The notes under the pieces are model-generated. The model was not told the DNA's origin. It saw only the letters and a list, made by a program, of their open reading frames with translations, and ran no database searches. Shown here piece by piece: positions 11,110 through 22,162 of a stretch of DNA of 64,000 nucleotides. Each line of letters begins with the position of its first letter. Position 1 is the first letter of the stretch. The position numbers and the translations under genes were made by a program. Origin of the DNA: Cladosporium halotolerans (Eukaryota); contig NW_027191460.1 of the NCBI RefSeq assembly GCF_011745625.1, positions 1-64,000 of the forward strand, given 5' to 3'.

Positions 11110-11519
11110 GATCGCTTATTGTAGCATGGAACTGCAAAGTAACTGCATAGCCTTGGATGATAAACGCATTGATTATCACGGTCTCAGGTCTTCTTACAGT
11201 ATCCGTTTCAAACAGCAGAGGCAAGTGTTTTCCCCCGCCTTTTTGCTGAGGCCAATCGTCCCCACATGCCCGCGTACTGCACGAACTACGGCAACGGCAA
11301 TGATTCGCTATACCTCTCCCCTTCCTTCGCTCCAAATAGGTGATAGTCAAGACATTCTCTATTGTCCGAGTCTCCTCAGCCGGTTATTAGGCTAAATCGG
11401 CCCAGGAACGGCTATCAGGGTGATTTCTCCTCTTTGGCTAGGAGAGCTCATATAAGACGCGCGAAGTTGGAACAAGCTTCTCCTCATACGAGATCACTTT
11501 AATCAAGCTTCTCATCAAT

Positions 11520-12762
11520 ATGGCCCCCATCAAAGTTGGCCTTATGGGCTATGGCTTCTCCACCAAATGCTTCCACCTGCCCTTCATTCTCCCCAACACG
11601 GACCTGGAGGTCTACGCATTCCTGCAGCGTGCAGAAGCACCTTCTGACAAGGCAGGCGTGGAGTCCGGCAAGCATTGCACCGTAGACTACCCGAAAGCAA
11701 AGCACTACCGCACGGCGGACGAATTCTTCGCAGACCCTGACGTTGAATTGGTCATTGTCTGCACGAGCTCCAACAACCATGCTGAGTTCGCGGAGAAGGC
11801 GATGCGAAGCGGCAAGCATGGTAAGTCCCATACGTTCTTTGACCACGCCTAGTTGCAATCGCTGACCATCGCCCCCAAGTTGTCGTCGAAAAGCCCTTTA
11901 CAACCACCTCCGCCGAAGCCGACCAACTGATCGCGACCTCCAAAGAGACCGGCAAACTCCTTACTGTCTTCCAAAACCGCCGCTACGACTCCGACTTCCG
12001 CACCCTCCAACAAATCCTCACCTCCAACTGCCTGGGCCAAATCACCGAGTTCCAGAATCACTACGACATGGACAACCCCGACTGGGCGCGAAAGTGGACG
12101 TCTACCGACCCCGTCGCTGGCGAAGGAATGCTGTACGGCCTCGGCACGCACAGCATTGACCAGACGCTGCTGCTGTTTGGCAAGCCTAGCAGTGTGACGG
12201 CGTTCACGAGAGCGCTCAGGCAGAAGGGTGTTGCGAGCGACGATTCGTTTACGGTTGTGTTGCAGTACGGGGGCGAGCAGAGCGACTTGGTCTGCACGGT
12301 TAAGACGACGATTGTTAGTACGTTACCGATGGAGAGGCAGTTGAAGTTTATGGTTAGGGGAAGGGAAGGGAGTTTTATCAAGGTTGGTAGCGTTGGCAAC
12401 GATCGGGAAAAGTCAGTATACTGATGTTGCTTTAGCACGGCGAGGACCCCCAGATCGACCATCTCTTTTCTGGAATCAAAGCTGATGATCCTCGGTACGG
12501 CGTCGAGCCAGAGAAGTACCACGGCCAGCTGTTCACCAAGTCGCGGTTCGATGATGATCAGAGCGAAGCGGGTGGTATCTGGATGGGCAAGTACCCTAGT
12601 GCTCGGGGCTCGTATGTTGACTACTACAAAGATGTGGTGGCCGCGATCAGAGGGGACAAAGAGGTTGTTGTTAAGCCGGAAGAGTCGAGGATGGGAATCA
12701 GGGTCATTGAACTGGCGCGCGAGAGCGCTGAGAAGGGCGTGACTGTTGCATGGAGTGAATGA
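11520..12762 (+). CDS. Gfo/Idh/MocA family NAD(P)-dependent oxidoreductase
   Basis: IKVGLMGYGFS Rossmann start, GKHVVVEKP across intron 11821-11879, VFQNRRYDSDF, LGTHSIDQ. Intron 12383-12435 precedes HGEDPQ. Confidence 0.9.
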
Positions 12763-12910
12763 TGATGGTCGCGTTTTGGTGTTTGTGCCGCGCGTTGCTG
12801 CCTTAGCAGGTCTGTATGCAATTCACTTAACTTCTCTTGGCGGGTGCTTACATGTTTTCGCGAAGTCTTGTCGATACTGGAACATCAACCAACTTCTGGG
12901 TCGCTTCACG

Positions 12911-13771
12911 ATGATTCCGTCAACTGCGAGCCCTTCGTCAACGGAGGCGGCGACTCCGCCATTCGATCCTGACACCGCTACACTCCTCGAATTGGTCCGT
13001 TCTATGTCTCGCAAGAGGCCCCAATCAATAAATATGCCTGCAGACAACTTGAAAAAGCACTTTCCGGTATTCCCTTTCTTCAAGCTGCCGCTTGAGCTTC
13101 GCGAGAAGATCCTTATCTTAGCGAGCCTCGAACATGGGGATCCTTGGATCGACGAGCCTTCTACAGTCATCCGCAGCGAAAAGACCGGAGATGAAAGCAG
13201 CAAGGCTATCCAAAGCGAACGTACAACTAAGCTTCACCCAAGCGATTTCATCAAGACCAAGCATCCGATCATCTTCACGTGCCACCAAGTGGGCGTCGAA
13301 TACCGTGCCGCTCTTTGGCGCCGCCTCATGGCCGACGACAGCCGTCAGGTTGATATCAAAGTGAAAGGGCTCTCGATGGATGTCGCCGATCAACTTCTGT
13401 CTTGCTGCCTACGACCGGATCGCGAGAAGCTCAAGAAGAATCTCAAGGTTCGTCTCCGCCTCGACTTCACCGACTCCCGCACTGGCGGCTTCACGCTGTA
13501 TCAAAGACTGGCCGCGATGGAGAACGTCTGCGAGCGCTTCGAGCTGGTCCCTAAAGTCGTTATCGACGAGATGGGGATCGATGATATCTTCGATCTTATT
13601 GGGCCGATGGTCAATCGGAAAATCTTACATGAGACCCTTCCGATTGACACATCGGCTTACGGCTGGAAAACTCACCTTTTCACGAAGATCTTCGAGGAGG
13701 TGAATCATTTTTGCCAGCGTCCGGACATGTTCCAGGGGAGGTTTAAGTGGAGAGGAATCGTTTTTTACTGA
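12911..13771 (+). CDS. Hypothetical protein with F-box-like motif
   Basis: ATG 12911 within a long ORF; FPFFKLPLELREKILILA. Confidence 0.7.
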   Translation: MIPSTASPSSTEAATPPFDPDTATLLELVRSMSRKRPQSINMPADNLKKHFPVFPFFKLPLELREKILILASLEHGDPWIDEPSTVIRSEKTGDESSKAIQSERTTKLHPSDFIKTKHPIIFTCHQVGVEYRAALWRRLMADDSRQVDIKVKGLSMDVADQLLSCCLRPDREKLKKNLKVRLRLDFTDSRTGGFTLYQRLAAMENVCERFELVPKVVIDEMGIDDIFDLIGPMVNRKILHETLPIDTSAYGWKTHLFTKIFEEVNHFCQRPDMFQGRFKWRGIVFY

Positions 13772-14142
13772 TGGTGCGACATGTTGTGGTGGACCGGAAG
13801 GCTGGGGTATGCAGCTGGAGGAAGTGGTTCCATGATTGGGGGGCTGCCTTGGGAAGCAATGCTGATGGAGAAGCATGTTGGCTCCAAAGAACGATTAGAT
13901 CGGCGTCCATGACCTGAACAGTGTCTTTTTGTATTCAATGGTCCCAGGCTTATACCCTGATAGGCAAAACTATGAAAAAAGGGCGAACCTACACGTCAAG
14001 CTGTTCCATCCTCATGGCGAAGTGGAGGTCCTGTTGACTCGATCGATGTCCTCCGTTGTCTCCACGGTCGAGTTTCATGTTCAGAGCGAGGCCTCCGGGG
14101 TTGAATATGGTGGCCAACGGCACAGAGCCACGTTAGAGCCGA

Positions 14143-14277
14143 TGTCCTCAAATGTCCTCACATCGAAGTCTAAACCGCGAAGTTTAGTATGTCACCGGGA
14201 CCATGACGGTTTGTCCTCATGCGTGTCACCATGCGTGTCCTCATGCTTGTCCTCACGATGTCCTCATATTGTCCTCA
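14143..14277. repeat. Array of TGTCCTCA octamers
   Basis: Exact copies at 14143, 14153, 14212, 14236, 14248, 14259 and 14270; variant TGTCACCA at 14224. Confidence 0.85.
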
Positions 14278-14426
14278 GGCAAGTGGTAAGGAAATATATA
14301 CCTCCAAAATGTCCGCAAAAATTGCAGTACGACAGCCACAGCTCATCATACCCCGATCAGCACGCTATCAAATCAACCCCTCAGCACTGCCAATCAAACA
14401 ACCATCTGCGAACAAAACAATCAACC

Positions 14427-15068
14427 ATGTCTTCCACTCAAGAAGCAAGCCTCTTCTTCAAGCTCCCAGCAGAGCTGCGCGACATGATCTACCAAGAAGC
14501 CGCCGAAAATGAAGAGACCATCGGCCTCCACATCCAAGTCACATCCGGCTCCAAGCCCAAGCCTCTTGCTCACAGCATCGACGGCTTGTCCAGCACCTGC
14601 TCCCAGATCAGATGGGAATACTCAGCAACCCTCGAGCGCCTGGCCAAGAAACTTGCCGCCAAAGACTCGCTCAGCAGATACACGCTGAAGAACACGCACT
14701 CTCTCCGCGTCGCCGAAGTCCAAGGGCCCGAGAGCAAGTCTGTCCAAGACAACTTCGCCCTGACAGCAATCCTCTACTGGGACCTTCTCGCCAAGAAGAA
14801 ACTCGTCACAACCTTCACCTTCGGCGACGACAGCTCGCTCAACCAACGCTACCCACTCTCGAGCCTGTCAAGAAACAAGGCGTTCTGGGTCGCTTCCGAA
14901 GAAAGACCGCAGGTGGCTTCCGGGTTGACTGAGATGGCGGGTCGTGTGTCGAAAGCCGACTGGGCCACCGCTCCAGCGTTGCTCCTCATGTGGGAGAGGT
15001 ACTGCCGCGCATACCTCATCCTCGCTGGGTGGGAGGATGCAATGAGAATCGAAGGTCTTGATGATTAG
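14427..15068 (+). CDS. Hypothetical protein with F-box-like motif
   Basis: ATG in good context (CAACCATGT); SLFFKLPAELRDMIYQEA. Confidence 0.72.
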   Translation: MSSTQEASLFFKLPAELRDMIYQEAAENEETIGLHIQVTSGSKPKPLAHSIDGLSSTCSQIRWEYSATLERLAKKLAAKDSLSRYTLKNTHSLRVAEVQGPESKSVQDNFALTAILYWDLLAKKKLVTTFTFGDDSSLNQRYPLSSLSRNKAFWVASEERPQVASGLTEMAGRVSKADWATAPALLLMWERYCRAYLILAGWEDAMRIEGLDD

Positions 15069-15316
15069 AAGATATTTGAGAATCAAGATCCAGATCTTCC
15101 CAATTTTGATAAACTTTTCATTTCGCATGTTGTCGAGTTTCATTGCAAGACAGCTCCCTTTGAATCGGGCCGTCATTCGTGCCTGACGCTTTTGTCCCAA
15201 GCCATGGGTACCTCGAAAAAGTAGTGACATCGCGAATTGTGAACTCCTACCGCCCAGTGCTGACATCATGTGCTATGATTGTCGGAGGCAAATGCAGGGC
15301 ATGCGTACGACAGGCT

Positions 15317-15844
15317 TCATTTCATCCAGCTTGGCTTCGAGACATCTGAGCCACCCTTCTCCCATGGCTTTCTCCTTTTCTCTGCCTGGCTTTCTGATGA
15401 CTGGCCCTCCAATACAGTGTCTGGAATGTCCTTAATTCCTGGTATAGGCTTCCCCTCGGCGATCAACTCGCAAATCTCGGCAAATGAAGCTGGCTTGGGC
15501 GCGTCTCCTAGTCCACCAGCTCCAGTCTGCTGTTGTGGCTGTGGCTGCTCCTGCTCTGCCAGTGGCTCGTTTCCCAAATTGGTTGTTGGTGCAAGGTCTT
15601 GGGTACCCTGATTCCGATTCTCGACCCACCGTTTATAGCCTTCAAAGTCCACCTGAGTTCCAGATTTACGGGCATGATAGTAGCACTTAGCGCGTAGTGT
15701 GAGATGCTCCAGCTGTGCTTGGTCTTGGACAGACCCCAGAATCGCTTTCATGCCTCCTTGAAATTCCTGGTCATCATCCCATGGATACTCGTCCAGCTGA
15801 TGGAATAGATAGGCAGAGTCAAGTGAGTCTGTTGCAGCGGCCAT
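15317..15844 (-). CDS. PEX39: PEX39-like peroxisomal (PTS2) import factor, 175 aa
   Basis: YPWDDDQEFQGG N-terminal helical domain, SFAEICELIAEGKPIPGIKDIPDTV, C-terminal RRKPWEK ((R/K)PWE motif). Confidence 0.72.
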   Translation of the reverse strand: MAAATDSLDSAYLFHQLDEYPWDDDQEFQGGMKAILGSVQDQAQLEHLTLRAKCYYHARKSGTQVDFEGYKRWVENRNQGTQDLAPTTNLGNEPLAEQEQPQPQQQTGAGGLGDAPKPASFAEICELIAEGKPIPGIKDIPDTVLEGQSSESQAEKRRKPWEKGGSDVSKPSWMK

Positions 15845-16207
15845 GGCTGCGGAGTTTCTGACTGCGTATTGCTGGCGATAACCACACTACTAGGAGCCAG
15901 TTAAGTTCCTGTGGCGTGTCTGGACTGCTATCGGCTATCGGCCTTCACTTCCACCCGCAAGTGACGTTGGCAGCCGAATCCCAGTATTTATTTGCCTGAG
16001 ACACAGGTCCGCTTGGCGCTCAAAGCGCGCGTTTCTGAGCGACCTTTGATGGCGGGCGCACCAGCGGGCACGGACACTCTGGCTCCAGCTCGCGGTAGCA
16101 TCAACACCCGCGCCAGCTCTGTTCGATACCGCTCACTGCCACCAATCTCGCTCTCCCAACCACTCTCCTCTTCACCTCCATCTTTCTCTCGTCGGAGTTC
16201 GCGCAAG

Positions 16208-18206
16208 ATGTCGGAATACATTGGGTGGGTATCTAGCCACAGTACCCTCCCAAAACCCGGGTCATACTGACCACACTGTGCTACAGGTCCCGCATCTCGC
16301 TCATCTCCAAGTCCGATATCAAGTATGTCGGCACCTTGCATGAAATCAACAGCGAATCCTCTACCATCGCCCTCGAGAATGTTACCTCCTACGGTACCGA
16401 GGGTCGCCGTGGCGACCCTTCCCAAGAGCTCCCTGGCTCTGACCAGATCTACGAGTACATCGTCTTCCGCGGCAGTGATGTGAAAGAGCTGTCAATGGTC
16501 GAGGCACCGAAGGAGAACCAGCCGCCGGCGATGCCGAATGATCCTGCCATCATGGGAGTACGTGCGAATCTCCCCCAATCCCACCAGCGACAAGCGCAAT
16601 GGCTTTCAAGATGAAGTATTCTTGGATGTAAACACATTACTCTTCTGAGAGCGCAAAAACAATGCGGATAACTCCTTGTTGCCTTCCTCCTGATCAATCC
16701 ATATGCGCGTTGCGTTGGAGGGTTATTGGCGAAAGCTGGACATGTGACTAACAAGCATTTCAGTCGACGCGCCCTCCCCAGCAGCAGCAACCTCAGCAGC
16801 CGAATCAGCAGCAATTTCGCAACCAGCCGGGCCAGCAACCCCCGTATCCTCCCTACGGTTTTCCTCCTGGACCTCCCCCTCCTTTCCAGCAGCAGTCTCG
16901 CTTCCAGGGCCCTGGCGGACCTCACGGGTTCCCAGGCACCCCAGGTGCTGTTCCCGGATATGGCATGGGCTTTGCGCCGCCGCCTCCTGGCTATGGCATG
17001 CCGCCGCCGTATGGACCTCCCGGTCAAGGTTTCCCGCCGCCTCCTCCCGGCGCGTTTTCTCCGAACAACCAGCCTATGCCGATTGGGCCACCTGGCCAGC
17101 AGAGACCCCCTCAGATGCAAGGCGCTACCCCCGGACCCGTTGGAAGTGGAAGCAAGCAGGGTACACCGCAGCCGGCGTCTGCTCAAGCGCCCCAGCCGCC
17201 GCCCGTCCAGGCCAACATGAAGCCTGTTGAAATGTCCACCACTCCTGCTCCTCCGTCCGCGGTCCCTGCCACCGGTCCTCCGCCGCCGGTCGAATCGAAG
17301 CCTTCGCCCGCTGCAGCAACTGCGCCCTCTGCCCCTGCACAGGCTCCTCACCAGACTGCTGCTAAGAAGGCAGCGAACAGTCGCGTTGCCTTGCCTCTTG
17401 CGCCTAATGCCGCATCGAAGCCCGCTGTCCCCAAGCAAGCTGCAGCCGGCGGGCAAGCTGCACCTGCACCTGCCGCCCAGCCCCAGTCTTACGCCGATGC
17501 CACGCACGCCGCTACTGCCGCCGTCGCTGCCGCTATGGCGAAGCTTGGTCCTGCGTCTCAGCAGCAGCAACAGGCCGGAGGAACCCTGGATAACCTGACT
17601 CAGAAAGTAAACCAGATGAGGGTGCATGACGCCCCTGCTCGTGGTCGCGGACGTGGCCGCGGCCGCGGTGGCCCTGCTGGTGGAAGGCGTGAAAGCGCGC
17701 ACAAGCCCATGGAGGTCCCGACGGAAGACTACGATTTCGAAAGCGCCAATGCGAAGTTCAACAAGCAGGATCTCATTAAGGAGCAGATTGCTACCGGCTC
17801 TCCGGTCACCAGCCCCCAGAATGGCGACACTCCGGATCCGATTGCCAACGGCCACACCGAGTCTGAGGAAGTCGTCATCCCCGCGAAGCCTGGCGCCGAG
17901 AAGGGTTACGACAAGCAGTCTTCCTTCTTCGACAACATTAGCAGCGATCTCAAGGATCGCATGGATGCGCAGGGCGAGAGCGTCGACGGACGCGCTATGC
18001 GCCGTGAGGAGCGCAACAAGAACGTTGATACTTTTGGTCAGGGCTCTGTGGATAACGGCTACCGTGGCGGTTTCCGCGGCCGTGGCAGAGGCGGTCGTGG
18101 CTACGGTCGCGGTGGTCCTCGTGGTGGCTACCGCGGCGGCTTTGACCCCAGGGGTGCCCCGAGGGGACGCGGCCGCGGCGGTCCCAACGAGATGACCACG
18201 GCCTAG
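16208..18206 (+). CDS. SCD6: Scd6/Lsm14 (RAP55/Sum2) P-body translational repressor
   Basis: MSEYIG/SRISLISKSDIKYVG Lsm14 domain across intron 16225-16286; intron 16558-16763; DYDFESANAKF, FFD and TFG boxes; RGG tail. Confidence 0.93.
16605..16696 (+). ncRNA. snR52: Intronic box C/D snoRNA, snR52-like (predicted guide for the 18S Am420-equivalent)
   Basis: C-like box AAGATGA 16608, D' CTGA 16645, D CTGA 16690. Guide TGTTGCCTTCCT (16677-16688) is complementary to conserved 18S AGGAAGGCAGCA. Flanking stem GCGCAATGG/CCATATGCGC. Confidence 0.78.
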
Positions 18207-18510
18207 ACGGCCCGCATATATTGTCTGTTCTCAGGCTCTGAGCGATTTTGAGGGATGATCGGCGTCCTGGATTCACGCTGCGGCTGGTGGGTTCTTTGAA
18301 TGATACTTTTCATGACGAAAGCTCGCTGCGAGCAGATTATACGCGTGCACGAATGGGATCGAAAACGTGGAAGGGAATGGTGATGGAAGTGTATAGTAAG
18401 CCGTCCGCCAGGCCAGGCGGGTGTTACGAAAGCAATTCTTGATTGTGGTTGTTTTGCTACAACCATTTGCATGCACAATTACTTCTTTGCTTGTCACTCA
18501 TGGTAGTCTC

Positions 18511-19336
18511 TCAATTCTTTGTTTGACTCGATCTTTTCCCCTTTCCCTTCATGATGGACGTCTTCGCTGGTATCGATGGCCGCACTCTGTTCTGGCTGCT
18601 TCGCATGTCTAGGCCGACCGAGAGTGCTGCTTTCAACCTCTCTACGAGACGCCTGCGGATTTTCAGTCGAGTGCAGGAGTCTTCGTACGATACCCATCCT
18701 CGCCAGTCCTCACGCACCACCTATAAGAGCAGAAGACCTCGCGCCCCGCCATTTTCTCTTCCAAACACCACTCTACCCATTCTTTCACACTTGCCGGCCC
18801 ATCCGGGAGCCTCGGTCCCTCGATGTAATTCAGCGGGATGGTGATACAGGGCATGGTGCTGTATGGAGCAGCACTGCAGATGTTGGCGTTGTACAAAGCA
18901 CGACTCGAGGCATCGAGCTTGCTGAAGAATCCCGATCGCGCGAGGGAGAAATCTAAACCTATGACTTCGACGATGACTTTCTGGACTCTGCCCGCAAGGG
19001 CGGCGGCCTTCAAAGTTCTGGCGTACGAATGCCTCAGCGCTTTAGAGGTCCGTAGTAGTGAGTGGATGTGAAGACCAACGGCATTTCGTCGGCTGTGTGA
19101 GGTTGCGGGCTGGATTCGGGGTTTCTACCCATTGCTGTAGGTACGAGGATGATCTTTGCGGTGTCTTTAGTGCACGATTCGAATATCTTCGAGAGAAGCT
19201 CTTCCGGTAGGCTTGGTAGGTAGCAACGACCGAGAGCGTTGAGTTCCGTTCGGCTACTTGTGCTGATTGTTCCACAAGTCGGTTCGACGGTGAAATTCCA
19301 TTCGTGTGTTCTCTTGTTCAATCCGGAGCGGAACAT
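18511..19336 (-). pseudogene. Probably frameshifted F-box-like gene
   Basis: YLPSLPEELLSKIFESC in one frame; IHSLLRTSKALRHSYARTLKAAALAGRVQKVIVEVIGLDF continues in another frame; a further shift is likely near 18720. No convincing intron rescues the frame. Confidence 0.5.
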
Positions 19337-20086
19337 GTGATTTGCGATTGCGATTGGTGGCGCCATGAAGGTATTAGTTGCAATAGTCTGATGTGTGCAG
19401 CGCTGGTTGTGTGCTGGGAGACGCATATCAGTACCGCGTTATTGATGCGGATCTCGAGGCGAAAGTAGAACCATTCAGTCATGGCGACGGAAACAGGAAG
19501 TCGCAGCTGGCTGCTTAGGCGAAAACATAGAGCGCGGAGTGAAGTGAAGTTGGAGATGAAGGTGAAACTAGGTCTAACCGGGTTCAGATATGTTGTACAT
19601 TCGCTGAATCTTCTTAAATACATCGAATGGACGTCACTGCTTATTCGTGATCCCATTGGATACGCCAGTCCACACTCAGAATATTCTGGGGTTGTGGTCA
19701 TGCAACGATAAGTTCAATCAAGAACAACCCTCAAATGACGGATCACTTTGTCCTGACTGAGCTGTGCTCTCATGTTGTAAACGGCTGATCGGAGCTCGAA
19801 CTGCAGATACCGGGGGCCAAGTAAGTACTTGAGACCGGCCCCAGACTGATGCCACTCTTTGGGAAGCGGATGTTGTTCGGAGTTGCTGCTCAGAGGCTTG
19901 ATGACATCCGGGAATTGCTTCGCGCTTCAAGTCTTTCCATTTAGAAAATGGCGAGAGCAGTCGAATGTGAACGAATGTCGCTGACTCCGACGAGACGATC
20001 AGTCTGCTGGGCGCTGATTCGAGGACAGTGGCTGGCGCCCACACCGTGCAGGCAAGGCGCGTACTAACCTTGTCCAACGGCAGCCC

Positions 20087-20623
20087 TTAACGTCCAAAGA
20101 ATCCACCAAACAGTTTTCCTCCAGCTCCACCACTGCCTTGCCTCGCAGCCTCTGTCTCAATCCACTTCTTCAAAAACGCCCTGTTCTTCAAGTCGTCCAA
20201 CCTCGACACTTTGGTCTCCATCTGCGGCTCCTGTCGATCGAAAGCCAGCAAGGTCGGGATCGAGTTGATCATATATCGCATAGGGATTCCACCGACACCA
20301 CCTAGATCGGGGCTATCCATTTCGACCTCAACAAATGAAACCCCACCTTCTTCCTCTCCAATGCCATCCTTCTCCACGAGATCCCTGATCAATGGCGAGA
20401 CGACCTTGCAGGAGCTGCACCAGTTCGTTTTCCAGAGTGTCAGGAGCGGTGTGCGACTACTCGCAGACATGAGGAGGAGTGTCTGGAGCTCATCTTCGGA
20501 GCGAACGGGAGCTGGGAATATGCGGTTCTTCGCTTGCGACGCGCTTGTGGATGAGAACTGGCGGGACGCAAATCTTGGGGGCGAGTTGCGCAGCAGCCTT
20601 GTTGAAACAGAAATTGGCGTCAT
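20087..20623 (-). CDS. Thioredoxin-like protein with probable mitochondrial presequence, 178 aa
   Basis: Arg/Ser-rich N-terminus, WCSSC CxxC motif, INSIPTLLAF cis-Pro loop. Confidence 0.85.
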   Translation of the reverse strand: MTPISVSTRLLRNSPPRFASRQFSSTSASQAKNRIFPAPVRSEDELQTLLLMSASSRTPLLTLWKTNWCSSCKVVSPLIRDLVEKDGIGEEEGGVSFVEVEMDSPDLGGVGGIPMRYMINSIPTLLAFDRQEPQMETKVSRLDDLKNRAFLKKWIETEAARQGSGGAGGKLFGGFFGR

Positions 20624-20869
20624 TGCGGTGAGTGGATCCGGCCGGTATTTTAAGTAGCGACAATGTGCGAGTGAAGGAACAGGAGTAAACAGAAGTGTGA
20701 TGTCCTTGTCCTGCTTGGAAGGAGGAATGACGTCGTGCGAAAGTCAAAGTTGAGGCCAGAAGCCGAGGCCGAAAAAGGTGAATGCGAGAAGGGCCTCTAT
20801 GCATGGTCATGTATATACGATTGCAATATCATTGATTCGTCCAAAAGCATTATACATATAAATCTCGAC

Positions 20870-22162
20870 TCAAGATCGCGCCTTCGACTCGCCCATCAAT
20901 TCCCGCAGGCCTTCCATGCGGTAGTCCTCTACGACCGTCTCCCAATCCTTCTCCAGCAATCCATACGTCTCATCGTCGTACTTCTCAGGCTTGCGTGGGT
21001 TCAAAGCCCAGTAACCGAAGTCCGCGTCGACGTCGCGCAGAATGCGCATGAGGTGATTCCAATAATGAAGATCGCCTTCGCTTGCGGAATGGGGCGCCCC
21101 GAACTCGCCTACCCACACAGGAGCGGTGTTGGAGCGAAGCAGATAAGCCCAGTTGCATTCCATATCGTGAGCGAAGGAAGGATAAGGGCGCTTGTGGTAC
21201 GGTACTAAAGATGACCATCCTGACCAAGAGTAGACGTGGCTACTGTATACAACTCGGTCTGGGACTGAGAGTTTGATGGGTCGGGTGCGAGCCCCAGAGC
21301 AGTCGTTGGCCGAGCTGACGCCTTCGACGAACATGAGCCAGTTTGGCTGCATGGCTAGGAGAGCCTCGGACGCTTTCTCTGCAGCAGACGCCCACATTGA
21401 CCATGTCATCGTACCCCAGAGACCGCGGGGCTCGTTGCGTAAGTCTGCGCCGATCACAAGAGGATTGTCTATGAAGAGCTCCATGACCGTTTTCCAATTG
21501 TCGATCCAGGACTCAGTAGTCTGCCGGACCTTGCAAATCGGCCCGTAGTGACTGTTCTTCCAGCTTGAGTCGCAAAGGTTCATGCCATCACACCACGCAG
21601 CATTCGTGATGTGATTGTTGGGAATGACCGCGATGCCTTCATCGGTCATGGCTTTGACACAAGCAGCGTAGACATCAAGTGCACGAGGGCCTCGAGCTTC
21701 GTCATCCAGCCTAGTTTGATCAATCCCTGGTGTTCCACCATAGCGCTCGAGCAGGTCGAGATTTGCTTGAAGATGTTTCGGGTCAATGACTGGGTTGTCG
21801 ATTACCATTTGATCTGAGTACGGGAACCGGACGCTGTTGAAGCCCATTCTCCTGATAGTCTTGGCTATGTCTGATCGATGCTTGATGTCCAAGCCCATTG
21901 GTACGAAGAAGATGTCGCTCGCGCCATACCAGTTCACTGAAGCGAGCTTGAATCGTTTCCCATCGGCATCTACGATATGTCTACCCGCGGTTTGCAATGG
22001 CGGAGTGAAATTGAAGTCGGCTTTCGTAATGTCGCCGAGCGGAGCCTCTACGGCGTATGGATATCGGGCTATCGCAGGAGGCATCATCTTGAACCCTAAA
22101 AAGATCGCAAATATGAACAGAATGAGTAAGCCGAGTCTGCGCGGTTTCCGAACCGCAACCAT
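20870..22162 (-). CDS. Glycoside hydrolase family 5 protein with N-terminal anchor, 430 aa
   Basis: GFNSVRFPYS, DLRNEPRG (acid/base Glu), YSSHVY, VWVGEFG (nucleophile Glu). Confidence 0.92.
   Translation of the reverse strand: MVAVRKPRRLGLLILFIFAIFLGFKMMPPAIARYPYAVEAPLGDITKADFNFTPPLQTAGRHIVDADGKRFKLASVNWYGASDIFFVPMGLDIKHRSDIAKTIRRMGFNSVRFPYSDQMVIDNPVIDPKHLQANLDLLERYGGTPGIDQTRLDDEARGPRALDVYAACVKAMTDEGIAVIPNNHITNAAWCDGMNLCDSSWKNSHYGPICKVRQTTESWIDNWKTVMELFIDNPLVIGADLRNEPRGLWGTMTWSMWASAAEKASEALLAMQPNWLMFVEGVSSANDCSGARTRPIKLSVPDRVVYSSHVYSWSGWSSLVPYHKRPYPSFAHDMECNWAYLLRSNTAPVWVGEFGAPHSASEGDLHYWNHLMRILRDVDADFGYWALNPRKPEKYDDETYGLLEKDWETVVEDYRMEGLRELMGESKARS

Noticed and set aside
16449..17855. 468-aa antisense ORF over scd6 (similar cases at 4161..4952, 43484..44173, 46485..47387, 36745..37452)
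   Set aside because: Shadow ORFs caused by GC-rich codon bias of the real gene on the opposite strand; no recognisable motifs.
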